This document shows, in pieces, positions 30,001 to 41,570 of a DNA stretch of 64,000 bases. Each line of letters opens with the position of its first letter. The stretch's first letter is position 1. Source of the DNA: Sminthopsis crassicaudata (taxonomy: Eukaryota); NCBI RefSeq assembly GCF_048593235.1, contig NC_133620.1, forward strand, positions 465,401,261 to 465,465,260. The letters run 5' to 3'. The translations under genes were made by a program, and so were the position numbers. The notes under the pieces are model-generated. The model ran no database searches, was not told where the DNA came from, and saw only the letters and a program-made list of their open reading frames with translations.

Positions 30001-33000
30001 CCATCTGGCCTTGGGTGCCCTCCGTAGGAGCAGACTGGCCAGCGGCCTGGGAATCTGGGGGCGGTGGGGAGGAGCGGGCCCTCTTGCAGGGCGGAGAGTC
30101 CGTTGGGAGCTTTTTCTTCCACTTAAAGGCTGAGAGCTTGAGCTGTGGTAAAGGAATTGGAGCAGGGATGGAGGTGGAGGGGAGGACAGAGGGGGGGCTC
30201 TAAGGACCCCATGAGGGGAGGAGGTCCTCGGGGACTGCAGATGATGGAGGAAGGGACAGTGCAGCGAGGAACTGAGGAGAACCCCCAGAGACAGGTGTCC
30301 CTTGCCTACTCTTCCCCCCATGCTCAGGGCTATCCCCCTGCCTCTGCCCAGAAGGCACTCCCTCTTAGCTGCAGGGCCTTCCCTCTATGGATCCTACCCT
30401 GAGCGCATTGGAGCAGGTGTCTGCCTGGTGCTCCCCTCCCCCCCCCAGAGCTCCAGGAACCATCTTCCCCATCTTCCTTTCTCTATCCCCAGCTCTTACC
30501 CCATTGTCTGGTGTCTATTTATTGATGGACAATTCGAACTCAGAATCCCTGGCTTCAACTCATGGGGGGAGGGAGGAATGGTCTTGTTCTACCCACCCAG
30601 GATCTGAGGGCAAATCCTGCTGGGCGTGGCATTGGGGCCCTCCCTTGGCTCTGGACCCTAGGGCCAGACTTCCGGAAATGCCCAGACCTGAGGGGCACAT
30701 CCGGTGCCTGTCAGGGAACGGGCTTAAGTGCCTGAAGATCCTGGGAGCAGCCATGGGCCCAAGCAGAGGCAGAGGGCACCCCAGACTTGGACACCGAGTT
30801 GCTTTCTGGTGCCTGGCCCAGGGTTCCCCAGCACCATGGCCGGTGACCATAAGCCCACTGCCAAGGCTTCCCAAGGAGGGCCCTACCACATATTCTTGGT
30901 TGGATGCTCCTGCTGGGGTCCTCGGGGTCTCTGCAGGGGTCTCCACAGGGGTCTCCGGAGCCTCTGGGCTCAAGTCCTTGTCCCTCTCCACCACCTCCTC
31001 TTCCTCCTCCTCCACCACCACCACGGCTTCTTTTCCACTCGCCTTTGAGGCTACCAGCTGCTGGGCAATCATCTTCACCTGGAGTGGGACAGAATCCTTC
31101 GAGTTAACAAGCACTGATTGAGTGCTGGGGCTGGGGTTACAGAAATGGGGAGGGGGCAGACAAGAAGCCCCTAAACACCACTCTGTGCTGGGTCCGAGGA
31201 GGGTACAGGACCCCCTGGGAGCAGCAGCAGTGACCCCAGGAGGCAGCTGAGGTCCCAGCAGCAGGCCAGGACCAGGCCTCAAATTCAGACCCAGACTCGG
31301 GTACTATGTGATGGTGAGCAGGCCATTAGCCTCAGGTGCCTCATCTCTAAAATGGGGGTAATAATAGCACCGGCCTCCAAGAAGATCTGAATAACAAACA
31401 GCCATGGGCCTGGGGGGACAGCACGCCACTCGGCGTATCGGGTACAGTTGTTTCCAAAAGTGTGAATAAAAGTAAATGGGGAAAATGGGAAATGTCAGCG
31501 TGTCCCCTGGAGCCAGGGCTCATGTTCTGCAGGGAAATGCAGGGTTTCCAATGTTTGAGAGAAGACAAAGGCCCTCCCCAAGAGCCAGGCGGGCTTCTCT
31601 TGGGCATTTCTTGGGGTGCAATGACGCTGAAGGGCCCCCGGCCCTTACCTTCCACTGGGTGAAATCACTCAGGGACTCGGGCCCGTAGCGCACTTCTCTG
31701 ACAGCGGACTTCACAAACTCCTTGTGGAGCTCCCTAGCTTGGGTCCGGGACTCCAGCTGGACCTTGTAATTCTTCTCCCAGTAAGCAGTGACCTAGGCCA
31801 GGGCAGGGGAACAAGGACGGGTCCGTGGCTTTCTCCCTCTCCCCCATCTGGCCCTCAGTGTGCTCCCGTCCCCCCCCCCCCCAACACACCCCATTCGTGG
31901 TTTGGTGGACAAGGAGGATTCAAGGCTGAGAGGACCTTTCCAGGTCATCTTTCATCAGGAGAAGCTGAGCGAGTCTCCGAGCTGCAGCCCAAATGAACCT
32001 TCCCAGCCCTCTGTTACCTGGCTTCTGTGGCCCCAGGGGGCTACAGACATTAGCACCACCAAAGCGGAGAGCTGGCAGGCCCAGCCAGCAGGCACGGTTC
32101 TGGGCAGTGCCAAGCAGTTCATAGGAAAGAACTGAGCTGGGGTGGCCTTTGTGGTCTCGTTGCCCCCCCCCATTCCCACCCTCTCTGTCAGGCTGCCCGA
32201 AGAACCCCAACTCTGGGCACAGCCTCTGCCAGGAGGCCCGAGGCCATGCTACGTCCTCCGTGTGGGCATTAGCCTGCCTGCTGTTACTACTCTCTTTCCA
32301 AAGAGTCGTCCCCCCCCCCCCCCCCCCCCGCCCAAGGCTTCTGGGTGCATGGAGGAGACCCTGAATGCTCTGAACTCCAAGTACCCGGGCCCGCCTGGCC
32401 CCCACAGAGGTGCTACCCTCCCTGGGTAACTCCCTGCCATTTCTCATCTCTATCATGAGGGGGTAAAGGGGGGCTCAAGGTCCCTTCTCGCTCTCAGTCT
32501 GGGCTCCTCTGATCCCTTGAAATCCTTCCTGCTCTAGAGGTAGAGTCTGAAGAAGAGCGACTCCTCCCCGCTGTGCTGACTGCCTGGCGGTAAAGACCAA
32601 TGCTGAGACGTAGAAAAGGGGCCAAGGGCACAAAGAATGACACCATTTTTAGGTGGGCTATAAATAATCTTAACAACTGTGCTCCAAGTATGTGAGAACC
32701 TTGCCCAAAAGGGTGGGTCAAATGGAGCGGGGAAACAGTTCCAATGCCCAAGACTGCTTCTTCAAATTAAATGGAAGGATGACGGCTCTCAATGAAAGAA
32801 CCGGAGGAGTTCAATTAATCACAGGCTTAAAGGCAACAAGAAACCTCTCACGAGACACTTGGGAGTCTCACCTGGCACTTCTCACGATGGACAACCGACC
32901 ACACAAACACCAGCAGAGCCTCGAGGGCTGTGGTGGGGAATGGCCCCTCCGAGTTCAGAACCAGGTCAGGTGCAGCTTAAATAATCAATATGGACTCTAA

Positions 33001-36000
33001 TATTTAGTAATTTCAACACAGAAGTAGTTATGGAGGAAGATGGCAAAAGGAGGTCCTGGAAACCAGGGTCAGGAGGAAGAAACAAGGCCGGAGCTCTCTC
33101 CAAAGCAAAGAAGCCGGGCGACCCTTCCAGAGGAAGCCGGAGGCACCAGCGGGACAAAAACTGGGCTGTGACCCAATAGTCTGGACAGCAATCCCAAATC
33201 AGGTGCTTGAGTCAATTAGGAGATTAACTTATTAGCACAAAGATAACAATCAGCACCAAGTTAGATGAAGAAAAATGAGAGGAGAGGGAGCAAGGTGGTG
33301 CAGTAGATAGAGCACCAGTCCTGGAATCAGAAGGATCTGAGTTCAAATCCGACCTCAGACACTTAACACTTTCTCACTGTGTGACCCTGGGCAAGTTGCT
33401 TAACCCCAACTACTATGCCTCTTCCCCCTCCCCCCACCCCAAAAAAAGGATTTGGTTTTTTTCAGAGGCAATTGAGGTTAAGTGACTTGCCCAGGGTCAC
33501 TCAGCCAGGAAGTGTTAAGTGTTTGAGGTCAGATTTGAACTCGGGTCCTCCTGACGTCAGGGCTGGTGCTCTATCCACTGTGTCACCCAGCTGCCCTATA
33601 GGAGCAACAGGTAGATTAACTTTATTTTTCAAAGCTTTTTTTTTTCCCCCCCAAGTAAGATATGGCTGGCAAAGCCCGACCTATTTTAACAATTTATTAA
33701 CAATGAAAAATGGGAATGGGTAAAGAACCAGATACTGGGATTAAGTATCACCATTTTCTATGGAAGTTTAAACCCCACCCTATAAATCAAGTCATTACAA
33801 CAAGGAAGTCAAAAAAGCCAAGAAACACGTTATTTCCTTGCCAAGAAAAACCTGTCAGCTAAGGGCAACATTTCTCTGGAAGAGACAGGTCCAGCTTGCT
33901 GCCCTCCAGTTAGAATCAGAGGCAATTCCAATTGAGAAACATTTAACAAAATGAGTAAAAAGATAATATAAATAATGTCATTTTCTAAGTCATTATACCC
34001 AGTGAAATTCTATTTCACTTTGACATCACGACTCTAGAACAGTAACTTATTTGTAAAATTTCCCTTTACGCAGCATCATCTCATGCAACAGGAATTGGAA
34101 GGAAAAGACCCAATTCAGTGCAAGAGGGGGAAAAAGAGCAATAAATGGATAAGAGATGGAAACAGTGCATCAAGATTTCTAAAGCAAAAGCTTTTCTGTC
34201 TGACATATGTACTTACAAAAAAGGGAAATAAACATCCTAATGTTCAGAAAAGGAAAGAGAATGGAATCTGCAAAGCACATTTCAGGGACACTGAAGCGAT
34301 CATCGAAGAGAAAGCCGGTGAGCAGACACGGAAGTGGGGAGGGCAGTCGCCAAGAACTTGGTTTGGCTTCGCTTCCGTAAAAATGGGGCAGGTTGGCCCA
34401 TCTCAATTTCTTTTCATTTTTTTCCTAACAGGATAACTGAACTAGTAGACTAGAAGGATACTATAAATGTGGTTTATCAAATGCTACCATTTTGACGTGG
34501 ATAAAGGCCTAGACAAAATCATCCTCCAATTTTAAGATGACACAAAATTAGAAGGCATAGCTGACACACTGGATGATAAAGTGGTTTGGAAGGCCAGAAT
34601 GTTCGGAGGAATCTAAGGAATCGAAGTAAAGTCTTCCATCTGGGCAAGGCCCAGTTCCACAGGCCTCCTGCTTGGGAAAGGACTGGCTGGTTTATTGGGT
34701 TGAGTCCAGTGGGATTAAAAGGCAGCCTCAAAAAGCTAACAACTCCCAGCAATATAATGGGAGGCAGAGCTACAGAAGTACGAAGGTGTCTGGTCCCTTT
34801 CCTTCTGGCTTGGCCAGACTGCATCGAAGCAAAGTCACCTCCAAGGGAACCTAAACAAGGAAACAGACTTATTCTGTCTGTCAGTCAAGTGCAGAACCAG
34901 AGAAGTTGGCACAGAGGCAAGTTTAGGCACAAAAGAAGGGAAAGCTCGCCTCGCAAGTTTAGCCAGTCAAAACTGGGGGGGGGGGGTCTTGGGAACTACT
35001 GGGGTCTTCCTTCTTAGAAGTTTTCAAGCCAAGACAGGAAGATCAAGCGATGGGTAAGCTGAACTATGGATTTTTCAAGTCGGGATTGACTTAATAGACA
35101 AATGGGGGCTGGGGGGGTGGAGAAGCTAGACGGACAAATGTGAGGAGGGAGAACCTTGTGAGCAAAGAGGCGGCGGTCTGTGCAAAGACATGGCCAAGTG
35201 GGAGACGGAATGGTGCCCACATAGAATAACAAGCAGGCCAGTTGGGAGAGAAAATGAGGGAGAGTTAAGGATTCTAAGGTTTCACACCTGGACTGGAAAT
35301 ACAGTCCTGCCCTCAAGAGAAAGAAGGAAGGAAGCAGGAGTGCATTTAGTGAGAAAAAGAAGCCCATGCGAGACTCCCTGGGTTTGAGAAGGCTACAGGA
35401 CATTGATGGGGGGACCCAGAACTGCAACAAAGAACTGAGTAGATCCTGCACTTCCTCAGGCAGGGAGATGGTGAGGATTCCTAGTAAAAGCAATTACAAC
35501 AGATTGGATCTCCGAGGATCTACGCCCCCTCAGGGCACCTCATTTTCCAGTTACTCTAAGGATTGAGTTAGCTCAGGACAAACCCTCCCCCCCTCGGAAT
35601 AATGCTTTCAAATCAAAAAAAGCTACATTTCAGCTAAAGATGAGTGGAAACAAGGACGTAATTTTCCCATCTATATCCAAGGACCCTGGAAAAATCTATC
35701 CATCCAAAGCCTCCCAGGGATTCCATGGATCCCAGATGAAGAACCCTGATTCAGACAAACTCCCGAATAATAAATCTGTAAACATGTAATCAAGATTAAT
35801 TCAGGTATTGAGGGCCGGCGTCTGACCCTCGAGGCTTTCAGTGTCTGTCAGAAATCATGTGGGCGAGGGGAGGCACTTGTGGACTCCCCCTTGAGTAGGG
35901 AATGCTATGAAGGACCCAGCAAGGCTCCCCACCCCCACCTCTTGCCATCCTTACTCGACTGGTCAGCTCCCGGTTCAGAATCTTCACATGATTCATCAGT

Positions 36001-38147
36001 GAGGAGGTTTCCTTCCCATTGATTTTTCGGATGTTGGGGAGCAGGGAGGAGATCTTGTAATTGTCATTGACCTGGGGGTGAATATGGACAAGCTCAGGAC
36101 CCAGCGGTCTCTGCACCAGTGCAAACCCCAAGGTACCAAGTCCCAGTAGCAGAGGGCATGGGACCCATTCTCCCCCCTCCCGAGCCCCGTCCGATTCACG
36201 CTGGAGCAAACTGAGGCCTGGTGTCTTAAAGAGCTCCCCCAGGCCCCGCAGCCACTGCTCGGTTCTCCTTTCTACCAGACCGTGCCGCTCTGCTACGGGC
36301 ACGGGCTGTGAGGGTAGAGATGAGGGTCTCCTCCTGGGAGCTCTCCTCCAGGGCTTGGCACAGGGGGCCACCTCTCGTGCCAGACCCTGCTTCTGAAAGA
36401 TCAGCTGTGCCCATTTCTGGAACGTCTCCCTCTCTTCCTTGCCTGACCCCCATCCCAACCCCCAGCGCCCTCCTTCCGAGTCGCTGTACTTATTTATCCG
36501 GAATATTCCTTTTTCCACAGTGCCCCTTCTATAAACCGTAAGCTCCTTGAGGGCAGGGGCTGTTTGGTTCTCTGTGTGGCTCACAGTTCACAGGGCTGAG
36601 TAACCCAGAGCTAAAAGGGTCTCAAAGCAAACACGCATTAAGCCCCTTCTCCATGTCGGGTGTCACGCTAAGTGCTGGGGGTAGAAACAAAGGCAAAAGA
36701 GGCTTTTTGTCAAGTGTCGTGGGGGCGGCCCCGCTCAACTACACGCAACCCGCCTTGGCCCCCACACCCTGGATGAGTCCGATTAGGAGAGGGGAGTTTC
36801 CATATTTGTAAAATGAGCCAATCGGATCATTAAGAGCCAGAGGGGGGATCTGAATCCGGGTCCTCCTCCGGCTCACCGTCAGGTATAAGTTGTCCTCGAA
36901 GTCCACCTCCTCCAGCGCCGAGAACTGCTGCAGCGGCGTCACGTCCTCCAGCTGGTTGTTGGAGCACTTGAGCACCTGCAGGCAGGGCAGGTCCAGGCCC
37001 TCGGGCACCCTCTCCAGCAGGTTGTCCGACAGGTCCAGCTCCTTCAGCTGCTTCATGCGATTGAGGAGTTTGAGGTCCAGGTCTTTTGTCCGGAGCTGGA
37101 GGTTTGACAAACTGGAAGGGAAAGGGGGGCTCGAGGGAGGCGGGCTCCCGGATCCAGCACTTTCTGCCGCACGGCCAATGCGCTTCCCGCGGAGGGAGCC
37201 CCTTGCTAGGACGCCTCGTCCCGTCCTTGGGGCCCCGACTGCTCGCGTGGGGATGATGGGGAATGAGGGGGACAAATGTCAGGAGCACCTTGGAACGCTT
37301 CATGGGGGGGGGGGGGGGGCAGGGACAGGGAGGAGTGTGCCCTGGCCCTTCCCTGCAGCGGAGGCTCGAAGCCCGGGGACCCCTCTTCTGGCTCCCCGTG
37401 ACCCGACGGGCAGCTGACCCCCGCTGAGGCAGCGGGCAGACGGAGCACGGGGCACAGCAAGGAGGGATGCGGGGCTCTGGGAGGCGGCACCAAAGGCCCA
37501 GAGAGGAGAGGAGGAGCAGCGGGCGGACCCGGCGCCAGTGGCAATAGCAGCACCCCTAGTGCCCAGGCTAAGGGCAGCGGGCAGCGGGCTCCAGCACCTC
37601 TAGTACCCATGTTAACAGCAGCAGGCAGAGGGCACCTTCCCAACCTTCCTGGCACCTGTGCCCAGAGCAGCCCCGGGGTCAGCGGCTTGAGCTGCGCAGG
37701 CGCAGGAGCAGGGCAGAGCTAGGGACAGCACAGCAGAGAGAGGAGTAGTAGCGTGAAGGGAAACCGGGGCAGGTGAGGGGGCGGGGCACAGACGCGCTGT
37801 CGCCGGGACAACGGAAGCAGCTGGAAGAGAGCAGGCACACAACACCTGGCAAAAGGCCGCGGGCACGCACGCGCACGCCGGCGCCACACTGACGCAAGCA
37901 CAACGTGCACATTAAGGCACCAGGCAGACGAATGGGAGCACGCACGCGCACAAACTCCACACTAACACTCGTTAATGCGCACGCACACGCGCGCCCACCC
38001 CACCCCCGCACGCTCGCGTACACGCGTGTACACAGGGGCGCGCACGCGCGCCCTCGCCCCGTCTTACTCGAGCTTCTTGATCCTGCCGAGCCGGTCGGAC
38101 TTGGGGTGCCCCCTCTGCAGCAGCAGCGGGGTTTTGAGTCTGCCCAT
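27096..38147 (-). CDS. LRWD1: Leucine-rich repeat and WD repeat-containing protein 1 (ORCA), 692 aa
   Basis: 15 exons on the minus strand: 38147-38068, 37111-36877, 36071-35955, 31792-31649, 31078-30887, 30142-29987, 29912-29792, 29658-29549, 29360-29153, 29045-28973, 28892-28752, 28432-28341, 28038-27883, 27665-27553, 27236-27096 (2079 nt, in frame). LRR motif LKELDLSDNLL; VRYGPESLSDFTQW; WD peptides LWACAFEP, ATCGGEAVCVIDC, FCGDEEGSVWMY. The exon-5 donor is the least certain boundary. Confidence 0.94.
33283..33447 (+). mobile_element. WSINE1-like marsupial SINE
   Basis: ggtggtgcagtagatagagcacc...gagttcaaatcc...cagacacttaacact...gtgaccctgggcaagt, then an A-rich end. Confidence 0.8.
33455..33597 (-). 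mobile_element. WSINE1-like marsupial SINE (inverted partner of the previous copy)
   Basis: Reverse-complement copy ending ...ctatccactgtgtcacccagctgccc. Confidence 0.82.
34520..34660 (+). mobile_element. Degraded CR1/L3 LINE fragment
   Basis: gatgacacaaaattagaaggcatagctgacacactggatga resembles the CR1/L3 RT segment around (A)DDTKL. Confidence 0.5.
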
Positions 38148-38457
38148 GGCCGCCGGCCCGCGCGGGCGCACGCTGCTCCCCTGCCGCGAGGCCCGCTTTG
38201 CCCACGCCGGTTGCTGCCTGGGGCTGGCCGCGCGAGGTCCCCCGGAGCGGGGGCGACGCTGGGACTCGGAACAACGGCCTCGGTCTGGTGGTTCGCGCCG
38301 GAAAGGTTCGCGCGGCGTCGGCCGGAAGAGGGCCCGGCCGAGCAGGATCCCACGTGTCCTGACCCCGCGGGACTACCTCTCCCAGCGGCCTCCGCGGCCC
38401 GCGCCTGCGCACCCGCCCCGCTGAGGCTGCCCTCCCGGCGGCGCTCAGGACGTCTGC
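38148..38457. promoter_or_regulatory. Bidirectional LRWD1/ALKBH4 promoter in a CpG island (~36700-40100)
   Basis: Divergent ATGs only 310 bp apart. Motifs: ETS CCGGAA (~38298, ~38322), E-box CACGTG 38351-38356, ZNF143-like ACTACCTCTCCCAGC 38372-38386, NRF1-like GCGCCTGCGCA 38401-38411. Confidence 0.9.
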
Positions 38458-40463
38458 ATGGCGGCGGCGGCGGCAGGTGAAGAGAGCCGAGGCGACCGCG
38501 GCGCGCGGCCCCGAGATTGCGGCTGCAAAGGGGTCCGGAGCTGCCTGCTGTGCGAGCGCGAGCGGGGCGGAGGCGTGTCTGGAGCTCTGCCCCCGCAGGT
38601 GGGAGCCGGGTCCGAGGGCGGCACAGGGCGGGCACCCCCTCGCCTTCGCGTGGCGCGGGCAGGACCTTCATGTTTAGGGCTCCTTCCGTCACACGGGAGC
38701 ACTGACCGCGCCTTGGCCCGGGAAGTGCCTGCCTTCACGTCCATTTCTCAGACGGGCAAGGCGAGGCCGAGTCACGTGGCTCCCGGGAGGGCCTCCCCTA
38801 GCGGCCCCGGCTCCCGGGGTCCCTGCCCTTCCTCTCTCCGCCCCCCAGACTTCTCCCGGACACTGTGATCTGGTGTCCCCCCCCCCCCCGGGAAGTGGGA
38901 CCATTGGGGGGTCCGGGTCCTGGCCCTTACCCTGCCTCGGTGTGCCGCTCTCCTGGTTCCTTGGGCCTCCTCCAGGAAGCCCCCGGGCCCGAGGAGGAGT
39001 CACTGGAGGTGGGGTCGGGATCTCCGATTGTGGAGCATCTCTCACCTGGTGGGGGCGGGGAGGCTTTAATTGGCTAGAATCCAGGAAGGGGAGAGAGGGA
39101 AATAGAGGAAACGGACCCTCGGAGCTTCCTGGGAAAGTGGGCGGGGTTGGGCGGGGCAGGTGCTCCTGGGGATGAGCCCCCTCCTCCCTGGGCTGGAGTG
39201 AGGATCGGTGAGGTAACTGAAGCCCTGAGCTCAGGCCTGGCGCACAGTAGGTGGTTCACGGAGGCCTCTCTCACCGCGGGCCCTTGTCTTTTCCCTTGCA
39301 GAAGCCGGCCCACTTCATCTACTGCCTGGACTCGGGGTTGGCCGTGGGGAAGGGGGAGTCGGAATTTGCGGGCTGGGCCTTTCCCTTCCCGGGAGTGACC
39401 CTGATAAAGGACTTCGTCAGCGCCCAGGAGGAGGCCGAGCTGGTGCGCCTCATGGACCAGGATGCCTGGAAACTCTCCCAGTCTGGAAGAAGGAAACAGG
39501 TACGGATGCGGGGCGTCTCTGTGAGGAGCGGAAGCGGCCACAGCTCCCGGGGCAGTCGCTCCCCCTTCCTTCTTTAGGGTCCGCTGGCTGGGATGGAGGC
39601 CTTGCCGGGTGTGCGGAGAGCGGCGCCCTCTCCTGAGGCGCCTTCAGGGGGATCCTCCCCGTCAGAAAGATTTCCAGCCTGAAACCCCCGATCTCATCTG
39701 CAGAGGCTCGTCCCCAACAAGCCAGGGCCGCGATGGCCGCAGTGACCGTCTCCTGAGCGGGCAGAGAACCCAAGCGCGGGGTTAAACATCCCTCTAATTA
39801 GGAAACGGCTGCCTGCTCAAGTGACCGTCCCCGTTCCTCTCCTCTCTACAGGACTACGGCCCCAGAGTCAATTTCAGGAAACAGAAGCTGAGGCCCGGCA
39901 GCTTCGATGGGCTGCCCAGCTTCAGCCGGGAGATCGTGCGGAGGATGGGGACCTACCCCGTGCTGGAGCGGTTCCTGCCGGTGGAACAGTGTAACCTGGA
40001 CTACCACCCCGAACGGGGCTCCGCCATCGACCCCCACTTGGATGACTCGTGGCTCTGGGGAGAACGGCTAGTCAGCCTCAATCTGCTCTCCGCGACCGTG
40101 CTGTCCATGTCTCAGGACTCGGGGGAGACACTTCAGTTACTTTCTGTGGCCCAGCCGACAACAAGGAGCCCTGGGCCAGATGACCTCAAGGTGGGAGACC
40201 CCACGGATTCCCCGAGCACCAGATCTGTTCCCTGTGACCAGGTGGAAGTGGCCATTCACCTACCTGCCAGGTCCCTGCTCGTGTTGTCCGGAGCTGCCCG
40301 CTACCAGTGGAAACACGCCATCCACCGCCAGCACATCGAGAGCCACCGAATCTGCGCCACCTTTCGGGAGCTGTCAGCTGAGTTCTGTCCTGGAGGAAAG
40401 CAGGGAGAGCTGGGGCAGGAGCTCCTGGAAATAGCTCTCTCGTTCCAGGGAAAACCCGTGTGA
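38458..40463 (+). CDS. ALKBH4: AlkB homolog 4, Fe(II)/2-oxoglutarate dioxygenase (316 aa)
   Basis: Exons 38458-38598, 39302-39499, 39852-40463 (951 nt). Cys cluster CGCKGVRSCLLCE, SQSGRRKQDYGP, HxD motif PHLDD, WKHAIHR, terminal ALSFQGKPV*. Confidence 0.97.
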
Positions 40464-41564
40464 GCAGCCCAGAGGAAGGGAGCCGGCCCGGAACTGTCAG
40501 GAAACGAATCCAGGACCTGTCGGTGCTGCTCTGCCTGGACGGGTGGGATTCCTAACAGGAGAACTCATCCAAATTGGGCTGCGAAATTTTAAGAAAAGTG
40601 CACCCGGAGCCCTGCTGTCAAAGGGGGCGTGGTCCGGCCTGCCCGGTTGTCCCGGCTCTTTGGGAATTCTCATCTTCCAAGGCCTGAGGGTCCTGAATGG
40701 TGGAGCTGGGGAGGGCAGCAAGGATGGTGATGAGGCAGCCTGGCTTCTGCAGGTCTACAGCCCACTCCCGACCTGGCTCAACTGAGAAGATTTGACCCTC
40801 AAATCTTTGCCTGTGAAAGTTTCCATGGGTGAAAAAGGCCCCATCTAATTATATCTACTTCACCCAAATCAACGTAAGACTAGTGGGGTCATTCTAAATA
40901 TATGCAGCATTCCATGGGAAAATGATCTGTGTCATTAAACGTATATTTTCTTAAACTCTGAGGTGGTGATGGAAGGGAGGACTGTCTGGCCTCCGTTCTT
41001 TGAGTGGCAGACTTGCTGCTGGCGCAGGCACCCCGTTCTGAAACAGGGCAGGGTGGCCCACCTTGTACCACGATGCTTTTGTAAGAGGGTAGACCCAGCA
41101 GCCTGAGCTAGAGGCCCCCATTCCTGGCAGAGTAGGACGTCAATAATGATGTTCCCATGTGCTGGGCGGTACCACACACGCCCCTCTGCACACAGGACAG
41201 TGAGGGTGCCCATCCAGCAGAGAAAGTCTCGTAGAGACTTAAAAGATTCAGAACCGGCTGCTTCTGGGGACAAGCAGCTCCAAGGCCTGCTGAGCTCTTT
41301 CGTGCAGCCCAGTGTCCTGCAGAACACTGGGCTCTGGAAACCCCAAAGAGCCGAGGCGGCTGGGACGTCCCCATGCTGTCCACTTGGGTTTTACCTTAAT
41401 TTGTGCCCCTGGGAATCTAGCCCACATTGCTATCAGCATGCTCTCATACCAAAAGGCTATTGTGTTTAATCCCATATCACGTTCCTACAGATCTATTTTA
41501 ACATTTTAGAATTCCCATTTTCTAAGGTGGAAATTCTAATATTTTTTTATGAACTCAAAAGTAT

Positions 41565-41570
41565 AATAAA
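41565..41570 (+). terminator. Candidate ALKBH4 polyadenylation signal AATAAA
   Basis: AATAAA ~1.1 kb after the stop; an ATTAAA at ~40934 is an alternative. Confidence 0.4.

Noticed and set aside
33283-33360. tRNA-like A/B boxes here and at other GTTCAAATCC/GGTTCGAAT sites (e.g. 55251-55262)
   Set aside because: These are SINE heads followed by CORE sequence, with no cloverleaf. I found no genuine tRNA, rRNA or snRNA gene.
37679-38692. 337-aa antisense ORF and other long ORFs in the CpG islands (also 53702-55652)
   Set aside because: Stop-codon depletion in very GC-rich DNA; Arg/Gly/Pro/Ala-biased with no domain signature.
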